Shown here: positions 1 through 12,233 of the stretch, in pieces
How the letters are laid out: each line of letters begins with the position of its first letter
Numbering within the stretch: the stretch's first letter is position 1
Assembly (NCBI GenBank): GCA_002104945.1
Contig: MCFH01000080.1
Location: 127,875 to 191,874, forward strand
From: Piromyces finnis finn
Lineage: Eukaryota; Fungi; Neocallimastigomycota
Direction of reading: 5' to 3'
DNA: 64,000 nucleotides
The notes under the pieces: generated by a model
Databases searched by the model: none
What the model was told of the DNA's origin: nothing
What the model saw: only the letters and a program-made list of their open reading frames with translations
Program-made: the position numbers and the translations under genes

Positions 1-3000
1 TCACTTGAACGTTTATGGATATGTGAAACAAAAATATCAAAAATAAAAGGGTTGGATGCTTGCACAAAATTAGAAGAATTATACTTGTAAATTTAAAAAT
101 TATTAATTATTATTTTGATATAAAAGGATTAATTAGATATAATTAAATGAAGTAATCACATTACTAATATAAATCATTGTTATTTCATTTTATTCATCAA
201 TAATTATTTGATACATATGAAGATATGCTAACAAAATCAAAAAAATCGAAGGATTAAATAATAACATTCATATTAAAAAATTGTGGATTTTTAGTAATGG
301 TAGATATTTATACAATTTATATAGTATTAGTAATAAGAATACCTCATATATAAATTAAATATTAATTTTTTACCACTCTTTATTTTATAATACACTTAAT
401 TATTCTTTATAAGAAATTGAACAAATTGAAAATATTTCTCATCTAAAACAACTGGAAGATTTAAACATATCAGGAAATAAAATTCAACAAATTAAAAATT
501 CACTCGCAGAAAATACTAATTTAAAGGTTTATAGTGATAATTATATTATTATACAGATTATTTCAAAATAAATATTAAATATTTTTTTATATAAAAATAT
601 ATATTTCTTGATATAAAAATATTTTCATTAATTTTAAATAACTGATAAAAAAAAATAATACTGGTGGAATTCATTTAATCATAGACATTACATATAGCAG
701 GAAATAAATTATCATCCTTTAATGATTTATTAAATTTAACTCGCCTTTTAAATTTAGAAACTTTAGTATTATCAAGTCAACTTTTTGATAATAATCCTAT
801 ATGTGATCTTTTAAATTATCAAACTTTTATAATTTTTCATATGACATACATTAAACAATTAGATGATATTGAAATTACTGATGAATCAAGAAAAACTGTA
901 GCATCAACAATTATTAAAAAAAGAATGTAATCTATCAACCAAATATATATATATATATTATTTCATTCTAAAAAAAATCTTTATCATATCTATCCAATTA
1001 AAATTTATTTTAACTGATCCTTTTAAATATATAATTTATTTTATTTTATTTTTTTTTTTTATAAAAATGATATATATAATTATTTATAATATTTATTAAG
1101 GTATTACAATACTCAAATTCAAGCAATTCATAGAAATAAAAATTTCTTAATAAGATTTTTAAAAGCAACATATCTTCAAAGAACATGCATTTTGGAAGAT
1201 GAAATAAAAAAATCATATATTAGAATCCGTACATTACAAAGATTTCTTTACGATCATGAAAACAACATTTGTGAACATAATAAAGTAAAATTTTTTAATA
1301 CATATACATTTTTATTTGTTTTATTAAATATAAAGAATACATAAAAATTAAATAAATAAATAAAAAAAAAAGAGATGGTTTGTAAAAATATTTTAATCTT
1401 AATTTATATAATAAAAATACGTTTATTATATTTATTATTTATTCTTTTTATTAGTTAATGGAAAATGATATAAATAAAACAATTTCAGATTTAATGAAAA
1501 GTATTCAAATGAATTGGAATTCCATCAATCAAATTCAAAACAGTATAGTAAAAACTGGAACACATATTGATTATCAAGGTGATATAGAAATAAGGTATTC
1601 TATCTTTTACTTAAAGCATAATGGATATAAAAATTATATATATATATTTTTTCAAAATTTATAATAAAAAAATTTTTATTACTAAAATATATAAATATAA
1701 TATTATAAAATATTTTTTAACAATAAAAGAAAATTACAACTAGAATTAGAAACTGGTGGTAATATTCGACTTGAAAAAACAATGATTGGAAGTTCATGGT
1801 ACAATTTTGGATCAAAATTTTTACTATCTGAAATATTAAATAGTAATTCAAGCATAAAATGCGAAAATATAAAAATTAATCGAATATCTCTCATATATAA
1901 TCGTCATATCTTTAAAATATTTGATGTAAATTTAGAAAGCATTATTCGTATATTAGTATTTTATATTATTAGCTAAAAATAATTAAATAAATATTAATTG
2001 CAAAAAAAAATTATGTATTTATAATATAGAATTTCATAAATCAATATTCAAAGGTTAAAAAAGAAGAACCTCTTTATGCTATGTATACAGTAGTTAATAA
2101 AAAACATAATAGTGCGGAACCAGAAATCTTTTCTGTTATTGAAAATGGATTTACACAAAATAATTATAAATGGGTATTAAATGGAAATATTATAACCCAT
2201 AAGACACCAAAAGTTCCTATATTTGAAAAAGGAAATTATCATTATACTATTATTTCAAGGGTATATACAAAACAAATGATAGTAAATTCACTTTCTTCTA
2301 AAAAAAATAGAGAAATAAAAGAAGACTTATTACCTGAATACGATAGTAATGTTATTGTTGAAGCTATTCGTCCAGAATATTTGGTTGAATATTATATTGA
2401 TGAAGATATCAGTAAAAAGAGACCACCCATTGAACAATATATTATTGAAGTTTCAAATTCAAATCAATTATCAAATTTAAATATGTCCTACGCTATTCGT
2501 CCATACATAGAAACTATTTTAGAAAAAGAAGTAATAAACTATTATTATATTTATTTATTTTCAACAATATAAATTAAACTGATTTTATTTTATTTTAAAT
2601 ATATAATATTTTATATATTAAAATTATTAAAATAAAATGTATATGTTACTTTTTTCCTTATTGTATATATATATATTTATATATAGATGAAAGAACCAAT
2701 TAAAAAGTATATTGTACCAATATTAAGTAATGAATCAGAAGAATCTGAAATTAAAAAAATGGGAGTAGTAAATTCCACAAACTTTAATGTAAATATCATA
2801 TACTTTCAAGTTCTTAAGCCTTTTCTAAATATATGACACTATCTATATAAATATAATACTATTATAGAATATACTAATATACAATATTAAATTAAATATT
2901 TTTATTAAAAAAAATAATAATGATAATATAAAATCCATTTATAGATCTCTGCTGAAGTTTTAGAAAGTACAAAAACAATTAATTTTACTGGATCATCCAT

Positions 3001-5159
3001 AAAGAAAATTGAAGATTTTACACCATTTATTGGAATTAAAAAATTGATTTTATGCAATAATAAATTAAAAAGTGTTAATGGTATAGAAGCATTGAAAAAA
3101 TTAGAATTTTTGGATTTATCTTTTAATGAAATTAAAAAATTAGATTTTTTAAAAGATCTAAAAAAATTGATTCAATTAGAAATGCTTTCAAATTTGATTA
3201 CAGATGTAACAGGATGTAATTGGAAAGAAATGTATGGATCAATATATATATTTTAATTAGCTCATAAATATATATATAATTTTTCCAAAGGATGTTATTA
3301 ATTATTATAAAAATTAATGAAACTTTTTTTTTTTTTAATTTTTTGATAAAATTATTCAGTGCTCCAAATTTAATTATTGCTGATTTTAGATTTAATCCAA
3401 TATTTAATAGAAAATATTATCAAAAGTGGATGATCAGTCATTGTCAAAAATTAGAATATTTAGATGGCTTAAGAATAAATAAAAAAGTAATATGTTATTA
3501 AAATGTTTAATATATAAAATATTTAAAATATAAATGAATTTATTATGTAAACTATGAATTATTGGTATATATCTTTAACATTTTTAGAATAGATTCCAAG
3601 GCAATGTTATAAATAATGATATTATCATAAATAATTCCAGTATTCAACCATTCTTAATTCAACAACTTTCTATGAGAAAAAAATGGGGTGAAAACTCTTC
3701 TTCTCGATTAATAGAATACAGTGTTATTGGCAATATGACAAAATTTTCATTTAATGATATATTACCCTACATTTCATTATTGGAATTGGATAACTGTAAT
3801 TTAATTGATATTTCTGACTTTTCATTTGAGTTAGTATCTTAATTTTTTTATAACAATCCTATTATTGTTTTTATTCTATTAAATCAAATATATAAAAATA
3901 ATAGTAATAACCTTTTTGTTTTATATTATTTTTTAAAAAAGAAATTTTGTAAATTTACGTTGGTTAAGTTTAAGAAATAATTATATAAAAGATATTAGTT
4001 CACTTACATTATGTCATAATCTTATTGAACTATCCATTGATAACAATGATGTTGAGTATATTGACTTTTTATCATCACTAAAATACCTTCAAAAAATTAA
4101 TGCCAGTTCAAATAAAATTATGTTATTTGATCCTAAAGCTGATGTAGTGTTTGAATCTTTAACACAACTTAATTTAGAAAATAATTCAATAAGAAGTCTC
4201 AAAGGAATAAAAAAATTAACATCCTTAATGGAATTATGTAAGAAAATTTAAAAAAAGAAAAAAAAAGAAAAAAAAAATTAAACTTATTAAAAAATTTTCA
4301 AATTTTCTTTCTTTTTTTTTTTTTAATTATTAATTTGTATTATTCTATTTTTAAAAATAAATTAAAAAGATTTAGGAAATAATTATATTAGTGAAACTTC
4401 AAATATCTTCTTCTTGAAAGATTTACAGAAATTTATTATTTTAGATCTTACAGGAAATTCAATATGTAGTATCCAAAATTATAGATTATTTATAATATAT
4501 CACCTATCCAAATTAAAGGTAAATAAATACATTTTATAATATGGAAAAAAAAAATATATTAAAAAAAATATATATTTTTTTATTTCTTCTTATATTTCAT
4601 ACATAGGTTTTAGATGGTATAGCTTGTACCTTAAAAGAATATTCTGATTCAAGAGAAATTTATTTAGGTTTGTTAACCACAGATATTTTATATCAACATG
4701 TTGGAAAATCAAATATTTCTTCACTTACCAAACTTGATTTAAGAAACTGTAAAATAAAAAACATTGAATGTTTCGAAAAAATTGAATTAAATCAATTAAT
4801 TATATTAAATATGGATAATAATAATATTAATTCCTTGGAAGGACTTCGAAAACTTACAAGTTTGAAATTCCTAAGTCTAAATAATAATAAAATTGAAAAA
4901 TTAGTTAGTAGTAATTATATGTCAAAAAACTTACCAATAGTTTTCCCAAAAATAGAAGAACTTCATCTTGGAGGTAATTTAATCCAACGTATACCCGATA
5001 TCTCTATGGTGAAATTCCCATGTCTAAAACTCTTATTCTTAAATAATAATAAAATTAATAAGGTATTAATTATTAAAATATATCAACATAAAAAAAAAAA
5101 AAGTCATGTTACAAAAAATCTATATTTATGTCTATAATATTAATTTTTCCTTCTTTAAA

Positions 5160-5193
<34 letters not shown>

Positions 5194-6081
5194 TTGAAAG
5201 ATTCAACACCATGCCAACATTAATTGAACTAATTGTAAATAAAAATCATATTAAAACAATAGATGATGATGGTTTTGATGGATTATACAACTTAAAGGAA
5301 TTACAAATTAAGTATGTATAGATTTATGATTGAGCATTTTAATTGTTAAAATGATATTATATATATATATATAAATAGATTAACTAACTTTTAAAAAAAA
5401 AATTATTTTTTTTTTTTAAAAAAAGGGACAATTGTCTAAAATCTATAGCTAATTTAAATTCATTATCTAGTTTAAGAAGATTATATCTTACAGGAAATAG
5501 AATTCAAGATTTAAATGAATTAGGAGTAAGTTATATTTATATATTAATGAATAATACGATAATAATATACATTACTTATATACTTATCTATCATACATTT
5601 CTTCCTTTATTAATAAATTTATCTTAAATAAATATTAATATAAATAAATAATAATAAAAAAAAGAAACTATCCTTACCAAATCTTTTTGAGATATTTATT
5701 TCTCAAAATCCTATAACAAAAAAAATGGGATATCGTTACACTTTAATTATAAGACTTCCAAAACTTACTTCCATTGATGGAAATGAAATAACCTCAGAAG
5801 AAAAAGAAAAAGCAATTGTAATATTTTTATATTTATATCAATTAATTATTATAAAGAGTCAATAAATTTTATTATTTTTATTACTCATCATTTTTTTATG
5901 ATTTTAAATTATATTACTAATAACTATATAGGATTATAATATTGACGGAATGAATACATGGGATGAACGTACATCATTAATTCAAAAGCATCCATCATTA
6001 ATTTCCACTACCAAAATAAAATGCCCTATTAAAGTAACAGCAATGGTATTTGATGTGGAATCGACAATTCCTACTAAATAA
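1..6081 (+). CDS. LRRC9: Multi-exon leucine-rich-repeat protein, LRRC9-like; 5' end lies before the window
   Basis: Spliced translation gives SLERLWICETKISKIKGLDACTKLEELYL, LHIAGNKLSSFNDLLNLTRLLNLETLVL..NNPICDLLNYQTFIIFHM..KKRMYYNTQI and ELETGGNIR, then many further LRRs (ORFs 3044, 4670). These segments match my recollection of animal LRRC9 in order. Exons are bounded by GT-AG introns; last exon 5932-6081 ends ..VESTIPTK*. Confidence 0.75.
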
Positions 6082-6227
6082 TCTTACCTTAATAAAGGTT
6101 ATTTATTTATTTTTTTTATTATTGTTATTATTATTTATTTATTTATTTATTTTATTTAATTATTATTTATTAAATATCAAATTTATTTATTCAAAAATAA
6201 TCATTTTTACAAAATTACATATTAAAC

Positions 6228-6282
<55 letters not shown>
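6228..6282. repeat. (AAT)n microsatellite
   Basis: Pure AAT run; produces the spurious poly-Ile ORF 6050..6442. Confidence 0.9.
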
Positions 6283-6826
6283 CATTTATAAAGAAAATTT
6301 AAAAATTTTATTTAAAATAATTACACAAAGTTTATTTTCAATATACCAATATCTAGTAAAAAACTTTTCTTTTTATCTTTTCGTTATTCACATATTTATT
6401 ATATATAATATAGATTATATATTTATACAAATATTTGTTTAATAGTAAAATGGCTAAATTAAATTTTTAATGTATTCTATAATAAATAACAATCTTTAAT
6501 AAAAATTTATAAAATATAATGAATTTATATAAAAAAAAAAAAAGAAAAATTATATATATATAGTTTAAATAATTTATCTTTATTGAATATTAATTATCAA
6601 TAAATATTTGAATATGGTATATTATAATTTCTAATAATACGATATGAAGTGAAAATTGTTTGTTCTTTTAATAATAAAAAAGTTAATAAATATAGTTTTA
6701 GAGTTATGAATTGCTTATAATAACTTATTTAATATTGTTTTTTTTTTTTTTTTTGTTGTTGTTGTTGTTGATGTTGTTGCTTTTTCTTTAATATATTTCG
6801 CTAAATGATAGAATAAAAGATAGTTA

Positions 6827-7960
6827 TTACTTCTTTTCAAGTTTGCTTAATAAATATTCCAACTATTTTTGTATTTTTTAAAATTTATAATTATAAATTT
6901 ATATTAAAATAAATAAATAAATTAGAAATTTCAATTATTCAAAAAAAATAATAATAAGAATTTTTTATAATAAACTTACTTGATTTTTCATAATTGGTTG
7001 ACCTTTACTGTTTTTACGGGCTAATTTATGTCTGATACTTTTTCTATTTCTGAAATATTCTTTTTTCTTTTCAAGATTCTCTTCTTTTATTCTTTTCTTT
7101 TCCTTTATTATTATTATCAAAATGGAATTAATATATTATTACTTTGAAAAAAAAAATATATTTTTTGTTTATTGAATATTATATAAATAAATTTATGAAT
7201 ATATATAATTACTTCTAATTCTTTTCTCTTTTCTTCTCTTTCTTTATTTCTTTCTTTTATAGCTTTAGCAAATGGATTTGGTTTTCTATTTTTATTAGTT
7301 TTTTTATTTTTGTTCTTTCCTTTATTAGAAGTCTCTTTTTCTTCATTTTGTTCAGTTTCAGAATTACTATTTTCACCTTCATCACTTTCAAAATCTTTAT
7401 AACTTAATTCATTGTCTTTCTTTTCTTTTTCTTCTTCTTTATCAGTACCGAAAATCTTTTATGAATATTATTATTTTTATTATTATTATTATTATTATTA
7501 TAAAAAATAAATGGTTATAGTTCATATATTTAATTGATAAAAGATATTAATAAAAGGTTTTTTTGTTTTGTTTTGTTTTGTTTTGTTTTCCTTTTATATA
7601 AAAAAAAAATAATTATAATACTAACTTCCTTAATATAACTTGGAGTATCATCTACTTCATTTTGAATACTCTTGTAATATTTGCTCTTAATTTTTGATTT
7701 TTCTATGAGCTTACGCTTTTTTTTTATAACTTTTTTTTTTTTTTTTTTTTTTGAAAACCAAATTATTTGAAATTAATAGATATAAAGACAATTAAAAAAA
7801 AAAAAAAGAAAGAAAAAATTAATGTTTATTCCTATATTATCATTTTATATATAAAATTTTCTATTTTAAAATATTTATTTCATTACTTTTTCCTTTATAT
7901 GTATTTCCAAGATTTCTATTCATTTTGTTACTCAAAATAATTATTCAAATTTTATATATA

Positions 7961-7999
<39 letters not shown>

Positions 8000-8076
8000 T
8001 TTAATAAATACTTTTTTAACCAATCATTCTTTTTAAAATAATACTAAAGTACAAAAATTCTTGTAATAGCAGCCAT
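6827..8076 (-). CDS. FYV7: Lys-rich rRNA-processing protein, FYV7/CCDC59 family (multi-exon; start codon and first exons uncertain)
   Basis: Minus-strand exons read KKKRKLIEKSKIKSKYYKSIQNEVDDTPSYIKE, RKPNPFAKAIKEE and RKSIRHKLARKNSKGQPIMKNQ|LEYLLSKLEKK* (stop 6827-6829). The KGQP.M....LL.K C-terminus is typical of this family. Confidence 0.6.
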
Positions 8077-9137
8077 CTTTATGGCTGTGAATAAAAAATA
8101 TCTGGTAGAAATATCACACCAAAAATTTAAAATAAATTTTACAAACAAAATAATATTTAAATTTTACTTTTTTTTTATTTTATTTTATTTATTTATTTCA
8201 AATAAATATTCTTTTCTATTTTGAATTTAAAAATAAAATATTGATTTTTAAATATTATATTTATTTTTATTTATTTATGATTATTTAAATGAAATATATT
8301 TTAATATAGCTTAAAAATATTTATTAAAAAAATTATATTTAAAAAATTATATTAAATAAATAACTTTTATATATATGAAATGATTATTAAAAATGAATTA
8401 ATATTAATGAAATATAGTCTATTTTCTTTCTTTAAATCAAATTTTTCATATATATAAAAAATCTTAAAAATGAATAATTAATATTTTAAAGTATTCAGAA
8501 AACTTTAAATTTGCCTTTCATTCTTCTATAATTTATATTTCTATTTTACATTTCTGAATCGTTTATGAATATTACTTGTTCATTTTTTAGTTTTTAATTT
8601 TTTTTTTGTTGTTGTTTTTGTTTTTGTTTTATATTTGTTTTGTTTTGAATTATTGTTTTTCGATGTTTTTTTTGTTTTGTTTTGTTTTGTTTTGTTTTAG
8701 GTATTAATTTTTATTTAATTTTGAATATGAATAAAATTACTTTTTTTTTTAATAAAATTTAATATATTTTTTTACTGTATTTTTATAATAAATTTTTATA
8801 AATAGATAATAGTTATAAAATGTTGATATTAAAATAGTGATATTATTATCTGTTAACTATTGGAAATAAAAATTAATTTTACATTTAAGATAGTTTTATT
8901 TTTTTTTTTTTTTTTCTGAATTTTTTTCGATTCTTTTTCTGTAATTTTTAATTTTTTTCATTTATTTTTCTAGTTTTTTATTTACTGAATAATTTATCGT
9001 TTTTTTTTTTTTTTTTTTCAACTAATGTTGGTGATTACACATTACTCTAATTTGTAATTATTAAATTGATTGAGTATTAACACACATAACATAGTTGTGT
9101 TAAAAATATAAAATGTATTAAAATGGTATCTTAAAAT

Positions 9138-12100
9138 TTAAGCTTCAATCGAACCAATTTGCTTTTTAAGTTGATTTATCATAGCTTCCATTTGTTCATT
9201 ATCATTTTGTAATTTTTCTTTTTCATCAAGTAATTGTTGACGATCTTCAATAAGTTCCTTTAATTTTTTATGAGCACGGGAAGATAAATCATCAAATTCA
9301 ATTTCTTTACGCTTATTATTTTCAATCATTTTTTCACGTTCATGACGCATTTGACGATAATCACTTGTTAATTGTTGATTTTCTCTCTTTATATCTCTTA
9401 ATTCATCATTCATACGTTTAATAATTTCACGATAGTTAATAAGTTCATTTTGAAGTATTTCTACATTTATGCTCTTTTCAACATCACCCTTAAATATTGT
9501 GCTAATATCTTCGATATAAGATGTAGTTTGAACAGCTACATTATGATTATTAACACGTCTAGTTTGTATTTGAACATGTCTAACCTTTGGTCTCACACGT
9601 AATGGTGGTGGTGCATTACCATTACTATTAGTTGCTGGTGGTGGTTGAGACATATGATGACGTACCTTATTTGGAGCAATCTTTCCGAAATTAGCTGGTG
9701 GTGGAGTTGAGGTTCTTATATTATCTAAATTTTTAAGTGTATTTTTATCAAATGGTACTGGTGGTGGTGGATTAGTTGGTGGTGGATTCTTATTTCCACT
9801 ATCAATTCTTGGTGGGTTTTCATCTTCTAATTCCTCCAATTCATAATCTTCTATACCTGGCATAGAATTAGTTACAGTAATTTCACCCATTTGTGGAGGT
9901 GGTAATGTAACACGGTTATTTATGGTTTGTTTTTGATTATTAAGAACACGAGTGAGATTTTGTCTCATTGGTGGTGGACCATGACGAGAACTACGACGCT
10001 CAGACATTCTAATTCTATGTTCACGATCACGGTCACGATCATGGTCACGATCATGATCTCTTGGTGGTGGTGGACCTCTTAATCCATGACTACCAGTTAA
10101 ACGATGTTCTCTTCTAGCATTATTATTACGATGTTGTGGTGGTGGTCTTTCGTGTCTTGGTTCTTCATCAGAAAAGAATCCTTGTTCATCATCTGAAACA
10201 TATTCAACATGACTGATTCTCTTAACATTATCATTAAATTGAACAGTCTTTCTATTTGGATCTGGTGGTGGTCTTTCAATTGGTGAATCAAAGGATTTAT
10301 CATAATAAAATTCATCACCAACCATATTAGCATTGAAACGGGTATTACGAATTAATTCTGAATCAGATTCACTAAAGTAATCATCTTCGTCTTCATCATC
10401 TAATAATCCTTGATCATAATAACTGTTACCATTATTGTTGTCTTCTTCAAGTGTAGAAGCAGCTTGTGGTTGTTGTGGTGGTGGTGTTTGTTTAACTTCA
10501 CCTACTTCTACTATAGTCTTATTTGGTAATAATGAATTTAAATCATTATTATTGTTATCCATATTATTATTATTCATGGACATTGGTGCAGCATTTATTC
10601 TTGGTCTTGGTTCATCTTCATCTAATTCATCATAATTGTTATTACGTTCAATGGATAAGTTTTCTAAATTTTCAACAATACGATTCTTTACACTTGGACT
10701 AACCTCTGTATCATTTGTTGGACCATTATTAATGGTAGATACAGAAATATTATTCATCATATTTGGTTTTGGTTGATTATTCATACTACCGGAATTTGAT
10801 GTAGAATTAGAAGGAGAGTTCATTGCTGAACCAATATGTTGTGAAATTCTATATTGATCTTGAGGATTCATACCCTTCATTTTATTCATTTTTCTTGGAT
10901 CTTGTGGACCGGTAATTGGACTTTGAATAGATAAATCGCCATTACTACCATTACTATGGGCTGTCATCATTCCTGGTTTATTATATGGGAAATTATCGCC
11001 CTGAGGCTTTTGATTCATTGGCATGTTTTGGGCTTGTAATTGTTGTGACATTAAATTTGAATTTTGGAAATTATTAAAACGAGGACCTCCTTCATGGAGA
11101 GGACTTTCTGGAATATCTGGCTTGTTTTTTAAGCTCATAACATATGGACTACCATTACCTTGTAAACTATTTATTGATGAAACAGAACCACTACTCTTTA
11201 AATTATTAAATCCAGTTGGCATTGGAGGTACATTTGGATTTGGACCATTGTTATTCATTACAAATTGATTTGGAACATTAGGGTTATACATAGTATTTTG
11301 TTGACTTCCAGAATTTGAAGTGTTATTTTGACCAGAATTAAGATTAGGTTGGTTTTCTGCTCCGGGATAATGAATTACAATTGGTGTATGCTTTGGAGTA
11401 TTAACATTTGATGGTGGTGAACTACTTCCACTACCAATTTCTTCACTAAGAGCTGAAGGTTTCTTTTCTTTTTTCTTACCCTTCTTAAATTTAAAAAGTG
11501 ATCCACGCTTTTTCTTACCTTCTATACTTCCAGCTGGGGATGCTGGAGGACCTCCTAACATATCTGGACCAGTATTCTTTAAGAAATCAGCTAATGCTTC
11601 AGTTTCCGTTTGTTTACGTTGTTTTGGTTGTTCTAAGAAATCTTCAAAATCAGAATCTTCTTCAAAACTCTCATCACGGAAACCACCAAAACTATTGAAA
11701 CTGGTTTGAGAACTATTAAAGTTAGAATTCATTATCTTAGAACCCATCATTGGGTTTGGGTTGAAATCATAGGAACCATTATCCATTGGACGAAAACTAG
11801 TATCAATTGTTAAATCTGAATTATTTAAATATTTACTTTGTTGCATAGGTAATTCCATATTTGGCATACTTCCACCCATTCCTGGATTACCAGGTCCAAA
11901 TCTTGGTGATTGCATAAGGGTTTGATCTGAATTCATTCTATATAAATTATTACTACTATTCATGCTAGAATTTGACGATTTTGATTTTAAACCATTAGCC
12001 ATAGAATTAGCAAAAAATTCTTTTTGTTTTTTCATTTGATTATAATCAATATTTGGGTTCATTCCCATTTGATTTGGATTTGGACTAATTGGACTTACTT

Positions 12101-12233
12101 GCATACTATTTGATTCAAAATTTACCATTGGATTTGTCAAGGATATTTTCATTGGATCCTTTTGTTGACGTATTTTTTGCTCAAATTCTTCAATAGAAAG
12201 CATTTTATTAACGCCGTTATTCATCGGATTCAT
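9138..12233 (-). CDS. Intronless 1031-aa N/P/Q/M-rich, largely disordered protein with a C-terminal coiled coil; function unknown
   Basis: Long open frame with coding-like composition inside very AT-rich flanks. Contains ETEALADFLKNTGP, an acidic block, Pro-rich motifs, DHDR repeats and a heptad-rich tail. Confidence 0.85.
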   Translation of the reverse strand: MNPMNNGVNKMLSIEEFEQKIRQQKDPMKISLTNPMVNFESNSMQVSPISPNPNQMGMNPNIDYNQMKKQKEFFANSMANGLKSKSSNSSMNSSNNLYRMNSDQTLMQSPRFGPGNPGMGGSMPNMELPMQQSKYLNNSDLTIDTSFRPMDNGSYDFNPNPMMGSKIMNSNFNSSQTSFNSFGGFRDESFEEDSDFEDFLEQPKQRKQTETEALADFLKNTGPDMLGGPPASPAGSIEGKKKRGSLFKFKKGKKKEKKPSALSEEIGSGSSSPPSNVNTPKHTPIVIHYPGAENQPNLNSGQNNTSNSGSQQNTMYNPNVPNQFVMNNNGPNPNVPPMPTGFNNLKSSGSVSSINSLQGNGSPYVMSLKNKPDIPESPLHEGGPRFNNFQNSNLMSQQLQAQNMPMNQKPQGDNFPYNKPGMMTAHSNGSNGDLSIQSPITGPQDPRKMNKMKGMNPQDQYRISQHIGSAMNSPSNSTSNSGSMNNQPKPNMMNNISVSTINNGPTNDTEVSPSVKNRIVENLENLSIERNNNYDELDEDEPRPRINAAPMSMNNNNMDNNNNDLNSLLPNKTIVEVGEVKQTPPPQQPQAASTLEEDNNNGNSYYDQGLLDDEDEDDYFSESDSELIRNTRFNANMVGDEFYYDKSFDSPIERPPPDPNRKTVQFNDNVKRISHVEYVSDDEQGFFSDEEPRHERPPPQHRNNNARREHRLTGSHGLRGPPPPRDHDRDHDRDRDREHRIRMSERRSSRHGPPPMRQNLTRVLNNQKQTINNRVTLPPPQMGEITVTNSMPGIEDYELEELEDENPPRIDSGNKNPPPTNPPPPVPFDKNTLKNLDNIRTSTPPPANFGKIAPNKVRHHMSQPPPATNSNGNAPPPLRVRPKVRHVQIQTRRVNNHNVAVQTTSYIEDISTIFKGDVEKSINVEILQNELINYREIIKRMNDELRDIKRENQQLTSDYRQMRHEREKMIENNKRKEIEFDDLSSRAHKKLKELIEDRQQLLDEKEKLQNDNEQMEAMINQLKKQIGSIEA

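Noticed and set aside
6050-6442. Hydrophobic 130-aa ORF, and similar ORFs at 15889, 52237, 58400, 58407 and 63331
   Set aside because: Translations of microsatellites or AT-rich noncoding DNA.
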